A stretch of DNA of 64,000 nucleotides from Antechinus flavipes (lineage: Eukaryota), in assembly GCF_016432865.1 (NCBI RefSeq), contig NC_067403.1:40858001-40922000 (forward strand), written 5' to 3'. Positions 1-12,448 of the stretch are shown here, piece by piece (the stretch's first letter is position 1; each line of letters starts with the position of its first letter). The position numbers and the translations under genes are program-made. Below the pieces are notes generated by a model, which saw nothing but the letters and a program-made list of their open reading frames with translations, did not search any database and was not told where the DNA came from.

Positions 1-144
1 AGATCACTCATGGGAACACAAAGTCCTTCTGCCCTCATTAAAGGAGTACTTAGCTCATGATGATGATGTAGTAAGGAACAACTTAGCAAGAGAGGAAATG
101 ACATAAAATGGGGAAGATAAGGAATAAGAAATCGGCAACTTTTT

Positions 145-310
145 AGGATGGTTCTTAACCTTTTTTTTGGATCATGAATCCTTCTGGTGAAGACTGTGGA
201 TTCCTTCCCAAAATAAGTTTTTAAATACATAAGATTATAAAAGGGAATCAATAGATCAAAATACAGTTATTAAACTTTTTTTTTAATGTAAGGTTAAGAA
301 TCCCTGCTCG
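145..310. mobile_element. Ancient hAT-Charlie-type MITE; related fragments near 23975-24290, 31480-31630, 38790-38872, 39670-39920
   Basis: Ends ggttcttaacc ... ggttaagaatccctg form imperfect inverted termini; the motif aaaccaattatattgaaata.a.ttatc and variants recur at several of the other sites. Confidence 0.5.
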
Positions 311-3300
311 ACTATTGATGACCTAGTCAGACTAATCCAGTATTACATTCTATGGGATGGGATGGCTCTGGACCTATGGTTAACTTGAGTAAGCAGGGCC
401 TATATGATATCATTTGTAGATCCCCAAATACCTACTCTGTGCTCAGAGTCAGATCATTAATTACTCAGTCACATTTGCACTGTTTCCAGAAGCTACTTGC
501 TTTAAAGCTCCAGTGAAAAATGGAAGGGGATAACTCATGGAATCATGAGCCTGAATTAGTTTGTCAGACTAAAGAGTTATCTCAAACAGCATTTCCTGAG
601 GAAATGGGACCTACTACAAAACATGTGCATGTGGTAACAGTCATTCAGACACGTCTCAGACTGGCTATCTTGCTGAGAGGGTTTAAAGACTTTCCCACCC
701 TGAAAAGGGGCTGTTATTCGTGTACGTGAGAAGGTAGCAAGTTTGGCATGGGGTAAAAAGCAATGATCTGGAGTTAGAATATCTGGTATTGAACCTTATT
801 TTCTGTAAGATCCTGGATAAATTATTCCTAACTACCACTTTTCTTTTTTTACTATAATAGCTTTTTATTTTTCAAAATGCATACAGTTTTCAACATTCAT
901 TCTTGCAAAACCTTCTGCTCCAAAATTTCCTCTCTCCTTCCTGACTCACCCCCTCCCCTAGATAGCAAGTAATCCAATAGAGGTTAAACATGTGCAATCC
1001 TTTTAAACATATTTCCACATTTATCATGCTGCACAAGAAAAATCTAACTGCCACTTTTTCTGGGCTTTAGTGTACTCATTGGTAAAATGATCAAGAATGT
1101 CCCCCACCTGAATCACTGGAGGATTTGGCGTCAGAAGAAACAATTCCAAATTGTGTGATTCTGTATAGGATACTTAACCTCATTGTCTCATAGGGATAAT
1201 AATATGTATTATATAATAATAACATATAATGGGGATAACAATATATAATATATTGTGTAATAATGGAGATATTAATATAATAATGGAACTAATATAAAAA
1301 TAATGGGGATAATAATACCACCCAATTCCCAGGGTTCTTTAAAGATCAGCATTTAAAATGCTATTACCCAGAAGTTGACAGATCCCTGTAACTTGGGGCA
1401 GATTCTAATCTGGACTCATTTTTGCTTGAAATTTCCCTGATAGCCTGTATTGGGCAAGGAGGGAGGCTGTCTCCTTGGGCCCTCTATTTTGTGGCAGCAG
1501 GAGCTGGAAGTTCTTCAAGAAGGCAGGGCCTAGGTTGGAACTGGAGGAAGCCAAAGATGCTTACCCCTTAATAATGGCTAATATTTACATAGCACTTTAA
1601 GGGTCACTTTACAAATAGCTCATTTGAGCTTCATAACAGTCCTGTGAAAAAGGTTCTTTTATCATCATCATTCCTATTTCACAGTTGAAGAAACCGAAAT
1701 CCAGGAAAGTTAAAGAGCTTGCTCAGTAACACAGAGAAATAGAATGTATATAGTGGCCAGAGACCCCTTTCTCAGACTATGTCCCTGGAATCCATCCATT
1801 CTCCATCCTTCCTGCTCCAATCTCTCTCCTTCCCCTCATGTAAAAAGAAGGTGAAGGGAAGAACCAGGACATTTCAGCTTTTCTAGGTCAATGGAACTAC
1901 TGTTTCCTATTTGGGGGCAGAGCAGGGCCAAACCTAGGAAATGGAACTATCCTTTCAGCAGACATACAATGTCGTAGTGTATGATGGACAGAGTACATTT
2001 TTATAAGCCCCCAGTTCATCTGGAACACAACAAAGCGTAGGAAACTGGGGGAGGGATAGAAAGGGGTGGGGTAGGCTGAATTTGATAAGGGGTCACATAA
2101 ATATAGAGCTTAAATGTTTGCAAAATGCTCCTGTGTTTACATTAGATTGTAAAGGGAGTTTCATTCAAGGCAGTGAGACTTAACTGAGTTGCTTTCCAAC
2201 TCTCTGATTATGTAATTTGATAAATTATCTTCCAGGGAATATCTGATGAAAGAAATCATGGCCCCTCCTTCTCTCTTTCGTTTCACTCCAATTCATTTTC
2301 AAGGATGATTTGGGAATTTTTTTTAATAGTTTGGGTTCCTAGTTATTCTATAGGTAGGAGCTGACATGGGAAAACTGTAAAATTTGCATGCAACGTGAGT
2401 CTGGGTGCAAACATTGTTCTGTTTAATCTGTGATGAGAACAGGTACCTCTTGACATAACAGAAATCTCAGGTAGGAAGCTTTCAATCAAGCTTCCATATT
2501 ATATATATATTTAGCCCTTAATACTTTACTTCCCATTTATTTATATATTTATTTTTAACATACATTGCTTTATGAATCATGTTAGGAGAGAAAAATTAGA
2601 AAAGGAAAAACCATGGGAGAGGGAAAAAAACAGAAAAAAGAAGTGAAACTAGCATGTGTTGATTTACATTCAGTCTCCTTAATTCTTTTTCTGGATGAAG
2701 ATGGCATTTTCTGTCCAAAGTCTATTGGGATTAAGTTTCCATTATCAAGAGAGAAAGCCTTTAAAAAAATAACACGCTTCTTGTTTTCAGTCAATTATAA
2801 GCATTTATCAAAGGTTCACCATGTGCTAGGCACTGTACTAAGCACTTTCTCCTTCATCCTTTTTGAGGAGCTAATTCACCAACCCTTCCAGATGACTTTA
2901 TCTTTATGGAGTGTTTACTTGGTCATTTATTTCCACCACTCCTCTGAGGGGTAGGAAATAGTTAAGTTATTTCTATATTACCTGGTTTACAGGGCAAGAG
3001 GTAGAGAAAGGATAGAAGATGCAAGAAGATACTCTTCTGACAACTAATCTTCCCACAATCTCCCTCCATTTTTTGCCTATCAGGAAGCTCAATATAATAA
3101 TTCACATTTACATAATACTTTGAATGCTCTTCAAGCATTATCTCAATGATTGCCTAAAAAAACTCTCTGAACTCTGTTCTATTATTATACCCGCTTTTTA
3201 GATAAGAAAGCTGAGGGAGATAATGTGATCCCGTCACTAATCTGAGAGAGAAGCTGAACTTAGATATTTTTCTGACTTCGGGACCACCACTCCTTCCACT

Positions 3301-6300
3301 GAACCAAACTAGATGCTTCCAATCATCATTATCTCTATTTGCAGATAAGATAATTGATATCTGGGGCCAGGGTGACAGAAGAATATAAACTTATGAACGC
3401 ATGTGAAGTCATTTATCTGGTCTTGCTATCTCCAGAACCCAATACCTTAGCAGGCCCTGTACTAAATTAAATGTGTATTTAATTGAATTGACAGGCCAAA
3501 AATACATGTGTTTTGGGAGGAGAGACATAGATCATTTTATGTGAGCTTGTCAGAGATAGGAAGGGTCATTATTCAGTCATTAGTTTGTGCAGACACAGAC
3601 CCAGAACTTGTCTTTAGGAGAAAGGAAAGTCCTTGCTTCCATAGTAATTTTTTTTTTCCAAACAGAGTTTGTGATTTTAAAAAACTGTCTAATTTCATCA
3701 GACTATTTCTCAGGAAAATATAAGCTTTTCAACTTATGTTAATATGTCTCCAGTATCTGGTATATAGTAGGTGCTTAATATATGATTGTTGATTAAATTA
3801 TCAAAAATCATTTTTACTCAATGTTATAACTAGACTATTTACTAACGGCAGATTCAAATCCTTTTCTTGTTGACCCACATGTAAGAAAATGATCAACAAG
3901 ATAAATCTTGGCAAATGGGTAAATTGTCTAACCCCAGTCTGTATTTACTAAATCCAGCCTCAAAACACAATGATCCAAGACAAGTACAAAGGACTCAGGA
4001 AGGAAAATGCTGTCCATATCCAGAGAAAGAACTGATGGACTCTGAATGAAGACTGAAGTATATATATATTTTTCATTTTATTCTTTTTTCCATTCCCTCC
4101 TCCCCTTTCTGATCCATTTCTTCTTTCACAACTGTGACTAATACAGAAATATGTTGTACGTGATAGCACACGTAGAATCTACAGCAAATTGTTTGCCATT
4201 TTAGGAAGAGGGGAGGGGAGGAAGGGAGAAAAATTTGGAATTCAAAACCTTATAAAAATTAATGCAAAAATGGCAGCTTAATGGCCCAGTGGATGGAGCA
4301 CCAGTTCTGGTCCAGTTAGGAAGACTTGAATTCAAATTTGACTTGGACACTTGACACTTACTAGCTGGGCAAGTCATTAAGCCCAATTGCCTTGCCAAAA
4401 ACCCCCTAACTAACCAACTAAACAAACAAAGAATGCTAAAAATTGTCTTGACATGTAATCGGGAAAAAAAATCATTAAAAATAAATACAACTTTGATTCT
4501 AACAGAAATCAATTAATAATTGTTGACAGAGTACCCATTAAGTATCTAGGGTGATTTGAGCATTGATTCAGTGTGTGATGTTGGAGAATTCAATGCCCCG
4601 CTTAGTCTTTTGTATCTCCATCTGTGAAATAATGTGAAATAGATTGGCCCATTTGTACTTCACCATGGAGGTAAAGCATCTCCTGGGACATTATTACTGG
4701 ATCTGTAAACTTGACAAACTATCATTGAGTTTTGGATCTGATTTCAGGTAAATCTAGGTAGGAATCCTGCCTCAGACCTTCACTAGTTTCTGAATCCCCT
4801 AATCATATTTATAACTCATACCTAACGGGACTACTATAAGGTCAGGTCAGTCAACTAGCATTTCATTAAGTACCTATTACATCCAACTATGCTAAACTTT
4901 GTGGATACAAGGAAAGCAAAAGCAGACTTTTTTTAAAATTAAAAAAATAATTTCAAAAAATCCTGCTCTCAGGAGCTCGTGATACCGTAGGGACCGTACA
5001 ATGCTTTATGACTATTAAGACTACTAGGTTTATGACTATAAGGCTAACAACTAGCTTGTATATTATATTTTACATATAATCTTTCATTTGAGCTTCATAA
5101 TAATATCACAAAGTAGATGCTATTGGTATGGACATTTTGCAGACAAGGAAACTGAGGATGGCAGAAAGTAAGGGACTTTCCTGGAGTCCTACAAATAGGA
5201 AATAACTAAAACAGGATTTAAACTCACGGCTTCCAAGACTGGGCCAAGTTTTGCTCAGCCACCTAATTGCCACGAGTCTATATAAATGTCAGTTACTATT
5301 AGTATCATGTATAGCTGATCATCATTCAATGCTGAAGAGTAAATGGAATCAGATATCAAGGTAGGTAAACAGTCCATCTTATTCTTCCTGTTTTTCAGAT
5401 GGAGGAATGAGGCATTAGTTGTTCAGATTAACACAGTGAATCAGGGCTCCATCGGTCTTGGATGCCCAACAGCTGCCCCACCAATGTCTTCAGCTGACTG
5501 AAGTCACAGACCATAGTCTGAAGCAGACCATAGTCACAAGCAGCTAGCTGTAGCCTCTGCCTTAAAGAACGTCCAGAAGGACATGGAGACTTTGTAAATG
5601 CATCACAGGACTTAAGGGAGCCACTGATCCAGATCTATCTCCCCATAGCTAGAATTCATCTAAAGCACCTATAAGCATAAAGCCATATGGTTACAAAGGA
5701 TTTAACTGTTCTTATTAACCTTGCTCCTCTGAGCAGCCCAGGGAGTCAAATAACCCCGTATGTAGACTGAGTTCCTTTCTTAGTGGTTAATTGGCCATTG
5801 TGCAAAATGTCACAGGGACTAGTTAGGCCCTCAGTAATGAGGTTATAAAATGTTGGTTGGATGACTGATGGGTCTTTGCAACTTTATGATTGGTTATAAT
5901 ATAAATATACAGTAATAAAATATTATTTGTTATATTATACATTATAATACAGATCTTATTTATAATATAATGATTATGCAATGTAAATAAATAATAAATG
6001 TAATTATAACATATAAATTTTATGACTGGTTATAATATAAAAACAATATGTATGGAGCCGCTAGAAGATGCAGTGGATAGAGCAATAGGAGGACCTGAAT
6101 TCAAATGTGGCCACTTAACACTTGCTAGCTGTTTGGTCTTGGACAAGTCACTTAACCCCAAATGCCTCACCAAAAACAACAACAACCACCAAACTTAATT
6201 TGTATGTATTAACTTAAAATATCAACCAAGAATAAAACACGCCTTACTCCATATCTCTACTTTCCCTATTTTTCCTCTAGACTCCAATCAGGCACCATTT

Positions 6301-6336
6301 CCACCATATAGTCCTTCCAGATCTCTTCAGCAGTTC

Positions 6337-6511
6337 CAGAGTCCTCAAATAGTTCACTGTCCCTCAGACTGTAGGAAGGGCTGGACTACGGCAAAAACAA
6401 AAACTTTGTTTTGTGGGCCTTTAAATAAAGAAACTTCATAGCCCTGGGTGAGGGGGATAATCGTCCTCAGCTGCTGCATCTGGCCCGCGGGCCTTAGTTT
6501 GAGGACTCCTG
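6337..6511. mobile_element. Second copy of the same hAT MITE, left end damaged
   Basis: Shares long near-identical blocks with 12258-12448 (e.g. aaaaacaaaaactttgttttgtgggcctttaaataaagaaacttcatag); right TIR agtttgaggactcctg intact. Confidence 0.8.
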
Positions 6512-7411
6512 ATAGGCTCTCTCCTTACTCAAATATTCCTAAAACATTCTGCCTGAAATGCCCTCGGCCTCTTTCAGCCTCAAAATTACCTTTTATCTCC
6601 CCACCCTAATCCCAAACATCTTTCTTGAGGGCAGAGAATATTTCATTTTATCATTTTATGCCCACACCTACCACAGTGTTTTTGCATGTAGTTGGTGCTT
6701 GATGTATGCTTGGTAACTTGAACTCAGCTGACTATCCTTAGTCAGGAATATTTTCTTAATTTGAACTCAAATCTTTCTCCCTCTTTCTCCTCCTCCTCCT
6801 CCTCCTCCTTCTCCTCTTTCATCTCTTCTTTCTCTCTCGAGCTCTCAATATATATGTACATATATGTACACATACATGTGCATATTTAAAATTGCATTTT
6901 TGCATTTTTTAAAGCAAAGTACAGCAGTGTTGTGCTAGAAAGAATGGGTGGCAGGAAACTTAAGATTTTTTTGTCTCAGCTCTACCACTAAGCAGCTGTG
7001 TGGCCTTGGATAAATTAACTCATCTGGACTTAGCTTCCCTTAGGTTTTAAAGGATTTTTCCATCTCTGTGACTCTGGTTCTATGAACATCACAGGAAGTA
7101 GACTTAAAAACATCAGGCTCTGAAAATGGGTGCAGCAGAAGGGGGCCGGGGAGCAGAGATTGTGCACTAAAGATGATTCAAATGGCCAGAAGTGTGAAGG
7201 TGCAGGGAGCAGTCAAGGAGAGTCAGCCCAGTTGCATGTGCTGCTGGGAAATCCATTGAGTGACAGGCTGACAGCCCAAAGAGGAAGGCAAAACTCTTGA
7301 CTTTGGAATTGGAAAGCAAAGATAACAAGAAAAGGCAGAGAAAAGGAGCCGTGGAGATGATGGTTTATGGGAGGAAAGGGAAGGTTTGTCTGAAAGGAAA
7401 ATGTGGAACAC

Positions 7412-7575
7412 TCTAGAGCTTAAAACTTTTTCCACTCCTGACCCCTTTTCTCTGGAGAAATTTTTATGCGACCCTGACTATCTAGATATATAAAACTAGG
7501 TATATTTATTGATAATAAATCATAATTTCACAACCCTCACATTCAGTTACAAGACCCACAGTTTAAGAACCTTCT
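7412..7575. mobile_element. Older hAT-like MITE, copy 1
   Basis: Aligns in reverse complement to 27170-27378 (aaactttttccactcctgaccccttt...aaatttttatg.gaccctg); ends in tttaagaac, resembling a hAT terminus. Confidence 0.5.
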
Positions 7576-7972
7576 CTCTTGGGAACTCTTAAGAAGAGGA
7601 GTTCTGGTAGACCAGCTCCTTGCCAGCAGGGAATGTTTTGTGGTTTGGGCCAGTGTCCCCAGCACCCAGCACAGGCCTGGCACAAGTGGGTGCTTAATAA
7701 AGTCTAGTAGAATGATTGGTTGACCTGAAAGTGGGTGGAAGGAAAGGCAGAGAGAAAAAGGTGTCACTGGTGGCAGCCCAGCCTAGCGTTGGGGGGCAAG
7801 CACAGCCAGGGAGGTGATGACAAGAGATGGAGCCAGAGGCGCTGGTCATGGGTGCGGTGGGGCTGGGGTTCGGGATAAACTGCTGGGGAGGAGATAGAAA
7901 GGCAGAAACGTAGAGAATGATAAGAGGCTAGCAGCCATCTGGTAAGGATAAACAGGCTGGGGAGGGAGCATA

Positions 7973-8435
7973 GGCAGACGGGGCAGGTAGGCGGGCAGGT
8001 AGGGAGCAAAGGCAGATGGGCAGGTAGGCGGGCAGGTAGGGAGTAAAGGCAGATGAGCAGGTAGACGGGCAGGTAGGGAGCAAAGGCAGACGGGCTGCTA
8101 AGAAGCAAAGACAGACGGGCAGAAAGAAGCAAAGGCAGACGGGGCAGGTAGGCGGGCAGGTAGGGAGCAAAGGCAGATGGGCAGGTAGGCGGGCAGGTAG
8201 GGAGTAAAGGCAGATGAGCAGGTAGACGGGCAGGTAGGGAGCAAAGGCAGACGGGCTGCTAAGAAGCAAAGACAGACGGGCAGAAAGAAGCAAAGGCAGA
8301 CGGGGCAGGTAGGCGGGCAAGTAGGGAGCAAAGTTAGACGGGCAGGAAGGAGCAAAAGCAGGCGGGCAGGTAGGTGGGCAGGAGGGAGCGAAGGGCAGAC
8401 GGATAGGAAGAAGCAAAGGCAGGCGGGCAGGTGGG
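7973..8435. repeat. G-rich minisatellite with 161-bp higher-order period, just inside the intron after the HOPX ATG exon
   Basis: GGCAGACGGGGCAGGTAGGCGGGCA starts at 7973, 8134 and 8295; built from ~37-bp and ~24-bp subunits. Confidence 0.95.
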
Positions 8436-8451
8436 GAGGGGGCAACCTCAC

Positions 8452-8595
8452 CTCGGTCTGCTCCTCGCTGAGGCCGATCTCGGCGGAGATGAGGAGCAGC
8501 GTCGTGGGGTCCGGGTATTTGTTGCCTTTGTTGAAGCTGTCCTCCAGGACCCCTAACTGCTCCTCCGTGAGGCCGTTCACTTGCTCCGTGGACAT
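8452..8595 (-). CDS. HOPX: HOPX (homeodomain-only protein), first coding exon, 48 codons; partial gene, last coding exon not in window
   Basis: Translates to MSTEQVNGLTEEQLGVLEDSFNKGNKYPDPTTLLLISAEIGLSEEQTE. This matches remembered human HOPX 1-48 (MSAETASGPTEDQVEILEYNFNKVDKHPDSTTLCLIAAEAGLSEEETQ) at 28/48 with no gaps. Acceptor ctgtgcttttctccccacctag|CGGCCGCAGGGACCATG (exon starts 8609); phase-0 donor GAG|gtgagg at 8451. Confidence 0.95.
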
Positions 8596-8988
8596 GGTCC
8601 CTGCGGCCGCTAGGTGGGGAGAAAAGCACAGGGCGGAGGCAGGGTGAGACTGCAGGCTGGCAGGCTGGCTCCCGGAGCCCCCCGAGGTGCTGAGGTGCGG
8701 GAGTCCCGGGGAGGCGGCGCGGACTGAGGCTGACGCTTTTAGATCTCCACAGCCTGGACTTCGGCTCACCCCCAGCCTGCTGATTGTGGCCCCGAGGCCG
8801 GCTCGGGGCTGGGCGGCTCCCCGCGGAGCCCAGCCCTCGGGATGTGGGAGGTCCCCCTTCTCCCCCACCCCGCCCTCGCCCAGTCTCACTTCGGCGAGCT
8901 CAGCCCGGGAGGAAAGGGGGTGTCCACTCTCCCCCCAGCCTTCCCGGTCGCCTCTCCTCCTGGAGCTTTTCTCCCGCCTCCCGCTCAC

Positions 8989-9060
8989 CTCTCCCGGCAT
9001 TTATTCCATCCCTGCCAAGGTCCTGGGGTAGCGAGCGGGAGTCTAGAGGATGACCCCAAT
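8989..9060 (-). other. HOPX: Candidate proximal non-coding first exon of HOPX (3' end at 8989; 5' end unknown)
   Basis: Good minus-strand donor GAG|GTGAGC (GT at 8988-8987), giving a 379-nt intron to the 8609 acceptor, inside the CpG island. No transcript evidence. Confidence 0.5.
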
Positions 9061-9999
9061 CTCCCTCCTCCTTCAGGAGCAAGGGTGAAGTGGGTCCTAA
9101 ATTCGCTTTCCAGAGCCCCTCGCCGAGGAGAGGAGGGGGCCCAGCCCCTAAGAAGGGAGGGCGGCCAGAAGGAAGAAGTCCAGGCTTGGGAACCAGGCAA
9201 AGAAAACGTTCCCTTTGGACGTTGCCCACGAAAATCGCTCGCTGTTTCCCATCACCTCGCGTGTGGCGGGCGCAGCTCCAGGTCCTGCAGCTCCGAAGAA
9301 GCCAGAGCTTGGAGCGAGCGCGTCTGGCAGACGGGCGGCAGCCCCAGCTGCCAGCACTCACTCAGCGTGGCTTCGGGACATAAAACTAAGGCTGATGGGA
9401 GGGGGGGAGTCCCGGACAGAGGCCTCGGGCTAGTGCGGAAAACCTCCACTTTGGATCTTTTTATTGTAAAAAGCCCGTAACCGGTCACCTCCCCAAATTC
9501 CAATAACCAGGAGTTCTGGAAGCTTTAAACCCTTGAATCAGTTCCCACTTCTGTCCCATATGGGTTGTGTATCTGGTCGAGTCACTTCTAAAAGTCATCT
9601 CATTGTTAGGAGTTCCTGTTGCCCTGAAAGCCCCTTTCCATACTCTCCCCCCTCTCCTTCTCCCTCCCCCCCCCCCAGTAATTTCCTAGTCCACTTGATG
9701 GGTCTCTTGGATGATGATTAGAATGGACCACAGTCAATAAGTCTTCTTAATGAGGTGCCAAGCAGTCTATACAAAGGACGGGGGAGGGCGGGAGAGCAGC
9801 TGGCACTGAACCTCATCCTCATGATCAAAAGAGTTGGGTACAGAAATATGTTTCACTCAGCAGGGAAAGAGGAGGGAAAAGAGAGGAAGGAGAAGGAGGA
9901 ATTAGACAGCAGTTTGAGGAAGGGATTGGCACAAAGTAAAACAAACAAAATGCACAAAAATATCTTTTTTTTTTTGGCGTCAAAGAATTAGAAACTGAA

Positions 10000-10430
10000 G
10001 AGGTGCCCATCGTTTGGGGAATGTCTGAATTAGCTGTGGCTGTGTAAATAGCGTGGAATACTATTGTGCTGTAAGAAATGATGAAAGGGATGGCTTCAGA
10101 GAAACCTGGAAAGACTTTTATAGACTGATGCAAAGTGAAGTTAGCAGAACCAAGTAAACACTTCATACACTGACAACTATATCAGAAAGACAAACAATTC
10201 TAAAAGACTTAGAACTCTGACCAACCGTGATTCCAGTGGACTCATGATGAAACAGGATTCCCAAATGACTCGGTGGAAGAGATAGGTACACATACTGACA
10301 CACATTTACAATATGGTCAATGGAGAATTTTTTTTCTTGATTCTATTTTTGAGGGTTTGTTAATTGGAGGAAAAGAGAAGGAGGGAGGTGGATATTTGCT
10401 TATTAAAAATAAAATTTAATTTTTAATGGT
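10000..10430 (+). mobile_element. Older L1 3' end; similar ends at ~841-1048(-), 2530-2750(-), 3955-4270(+), 18600-18900(-), 41985-42415(-), 45425-45810(+), 59870-60220(+), 63290-63670(-)
   Basis: Recurring aagaaatgatgaa..gatgg.ttcagagaaac.tggaa.gact..atgcaaagtgaagt.agcagaacc and the complementary 3' UTR motifs. Confidence 0.7.
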
Positions 10431-11287
10431 TAAAATACAGATTGCTCTAGGTGAGGTAACAATGATAGTACTATGATATTTTCAGCAATTTTTGTGATTC
10501 TAAATTCTTCAGTCTATCTCAACTGAACAAATATTTCAGTGTAAGATATTACTTGCGAAGCATGGGATGTATAAATTCAAAATGAGACAGTTCCTACACT
10601 CCAGAAGCTTACCCTAATTTGGGGGACACGACATGAATATAAAAGGAAGATAACGGGATGGTCAGGGAAGGCTTCATGGAACAAGTGGCACCTGGGTTGA
10701 GTTTCTAAGACGGACAAAGTTTCTGAGAAACAAAGAGGACATATACATTCTGAGCTTGGGATAGAGGTTGTGAAAATTCTTGGAGAAAAGATGAATGGAG
10801 ACGAATAACTGGGACTTCCATTGGGCTGGAATGTAGAGGTCATAAGGGGAGAAGTGAAAAATACAATTGAAAACATCCTTCCCCCCAAAAAAAAGCTCTT
10901 AAAAGGATATGATGCTTGACTTTACCACAGTGACCACGAGAAGTTGCTATAGTTTTGAGTTGGTATGGTCTCATTCCTTTATGATCCTACCCTCCTATGT
11001 ATCTTTAAGCCTTAAACTTCCACCTATTTATGGAGTCCTTCAGCTGGTAATTAGCTAACAAAGCTATCCAGGAATATAAATAATGCATCAATTCATGGTA
11101 TTTTGGAAAAAAACTTTAGGCATCATTTCAAAGCCAGATGTATTCCTCCATTTTTCTAAAACATACAATTTAAATAAAATCTGGCTGGTCCACACAAGAG
11201 GGTGAAGAACTGTTCTCCGGAATTTTTTTCCTAATCCAGGAAAGCCACCTAAATGTCCTTCCAAAGTAAGTGGATTATACTCTGAAG

Positions 11288-11290
<3 letters not shown>

Positions 11291-11326
<36 letters not shown>
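11291..11326. repeat. (AC)18 microsatellite; others: (TA)n 16592-16636, (TG)n 20405-20430, (TG)n 23048-23080, (TA)n 38536-38574, (CT)n(CA)n 53446-53503
   Basis: Read directly. Confidence 0.95.
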
Positions 11327-11328
<2 letters not shown>

Positions 11329-12257
11329 CTATGTGGTATGTATCCCAGCCCTTAGCATCCAGTCTGCCTGGACTATAGGAATCTTTGAAGAAACCTTTAG
11401 GGATGTTCAATGTGCTCACGAAATCCAGGATGGCCATTACTAAATCTAGATGCTTTTCTTGCTGCAAAACCCTGTTATAATGATGGGCCTTTCTGCTCTA
11501 GCTTTGCCCTTCTTTGTCATTTGAAGCGAAGGGTCACAGATGCTCTTAAATCTGATCAGGTGCATTTTATTGCATTAGATTTCTCTGGTTTCCTGTTACA
11601 GTACCTTGTATTAGATTTCATGAAGTAGCTTCTAGTTCTTTTAAAGGGACTCATTTAGTTAGATGGACTAGCCCACTTAATCTGATCAGGCTACCATGAG
11701 GTAGAATCAATTCCAAGCATGCACCTCAACAAGCTCCCCTTTTGCACAAGGTTTATTATTGACTAAAAAAAAAATGAAGAAGGAAAGAAGAGAAAAAAAT
11801 TGTCAGAGGAAATGGGTGTGGACATTCTAAGTTGCAAAATCTGCTCTACCTTTTATCACAGCCCAGGCTCTCTCTTGCAGAATATATTAGTTTATTAAAT
11901 GTTTGTGTTTTCTTTTCTTTTCCCCCTTTTAAAATGAAACAAATAAAACAAATAAGTGTAGTAATCTTGACCCTATAAAGCAAGCAATGAGAGTGTATAT
12001 CAAAGAGAGAAAAACCATCAGCAAGAGAACCATTTAAAAGTTTGGTTTTGAGAAAGTAGTACAAACAATTTGGTTGGAAGAAAGATATTCTTAAAATCAG
12101 CTTTAAACAGACAGTTTTTATTGTAGCATGGGTGCTGTTAGGCATTTAACAAGATGAAGGAAATAATTTTGAGCAACAAAACTAGATGGAAGAAAGGTTT
12201 CCAGAGAAGATAGGATTACCAGAGACTTAAAGGAAGTCAGGGAAGACAAAATGCTTA

Positions 12258-12448
12258 CAGGGGTCCTCAAACTTTTTAAATAGGAGGCCAGTTCACTGTC
12301 CCTCAGACTGTTGGATGGCCGGACTATAGTAAAAACAAAAACTTTGTTTTGTGGGCCTTTAAATAAAGAAACTTCATAGTCCCGGTGAGGGGGATAATTG
12401 TCCTCAGCTGCCACATCTGGCCTGCGGGCCGTAGTTTGAGGACCCCTG
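12258..12448. mobile_element. hAT MITE, OC1/OposCharlie1-type, 191 bp
   Basis: Perfect 16-bp TIRs CAGGGGTCCTCAAACT (12258-12273) and AGTTTGAGGACCCCTG (12433-12448); second copy at 6337-6511. Family name from memory of the TIR. Confidence 0.8.

Larger units (their letters stand above)
8440..9480. promoter_or_regulatory. HOPX: CpG island over the HOPX ATG exon and proximal promoter
   Basis: Sharp rise in GC and CpG content against an AT-rich, CpG-poor background; overlaps the ATG exon. Confidence 0.85.

Noticed and set aside
7223-7435. Minus-strand ORF ending QWISQQHMQLG* as the last HOPX exon
   Set aside because: Does not match the expected KWFKQRLA.WRRSEGLP, has no acceptor, and overlaps a MITE. 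I found no such exon in 1-8450.
7764-8629. Long Pro/Leu/Cys-rich ORFs (122, 233 aa and the tail of the 300-aa ORF)
   Set aside because: Translations of the minisatellite beyond the splice donor.
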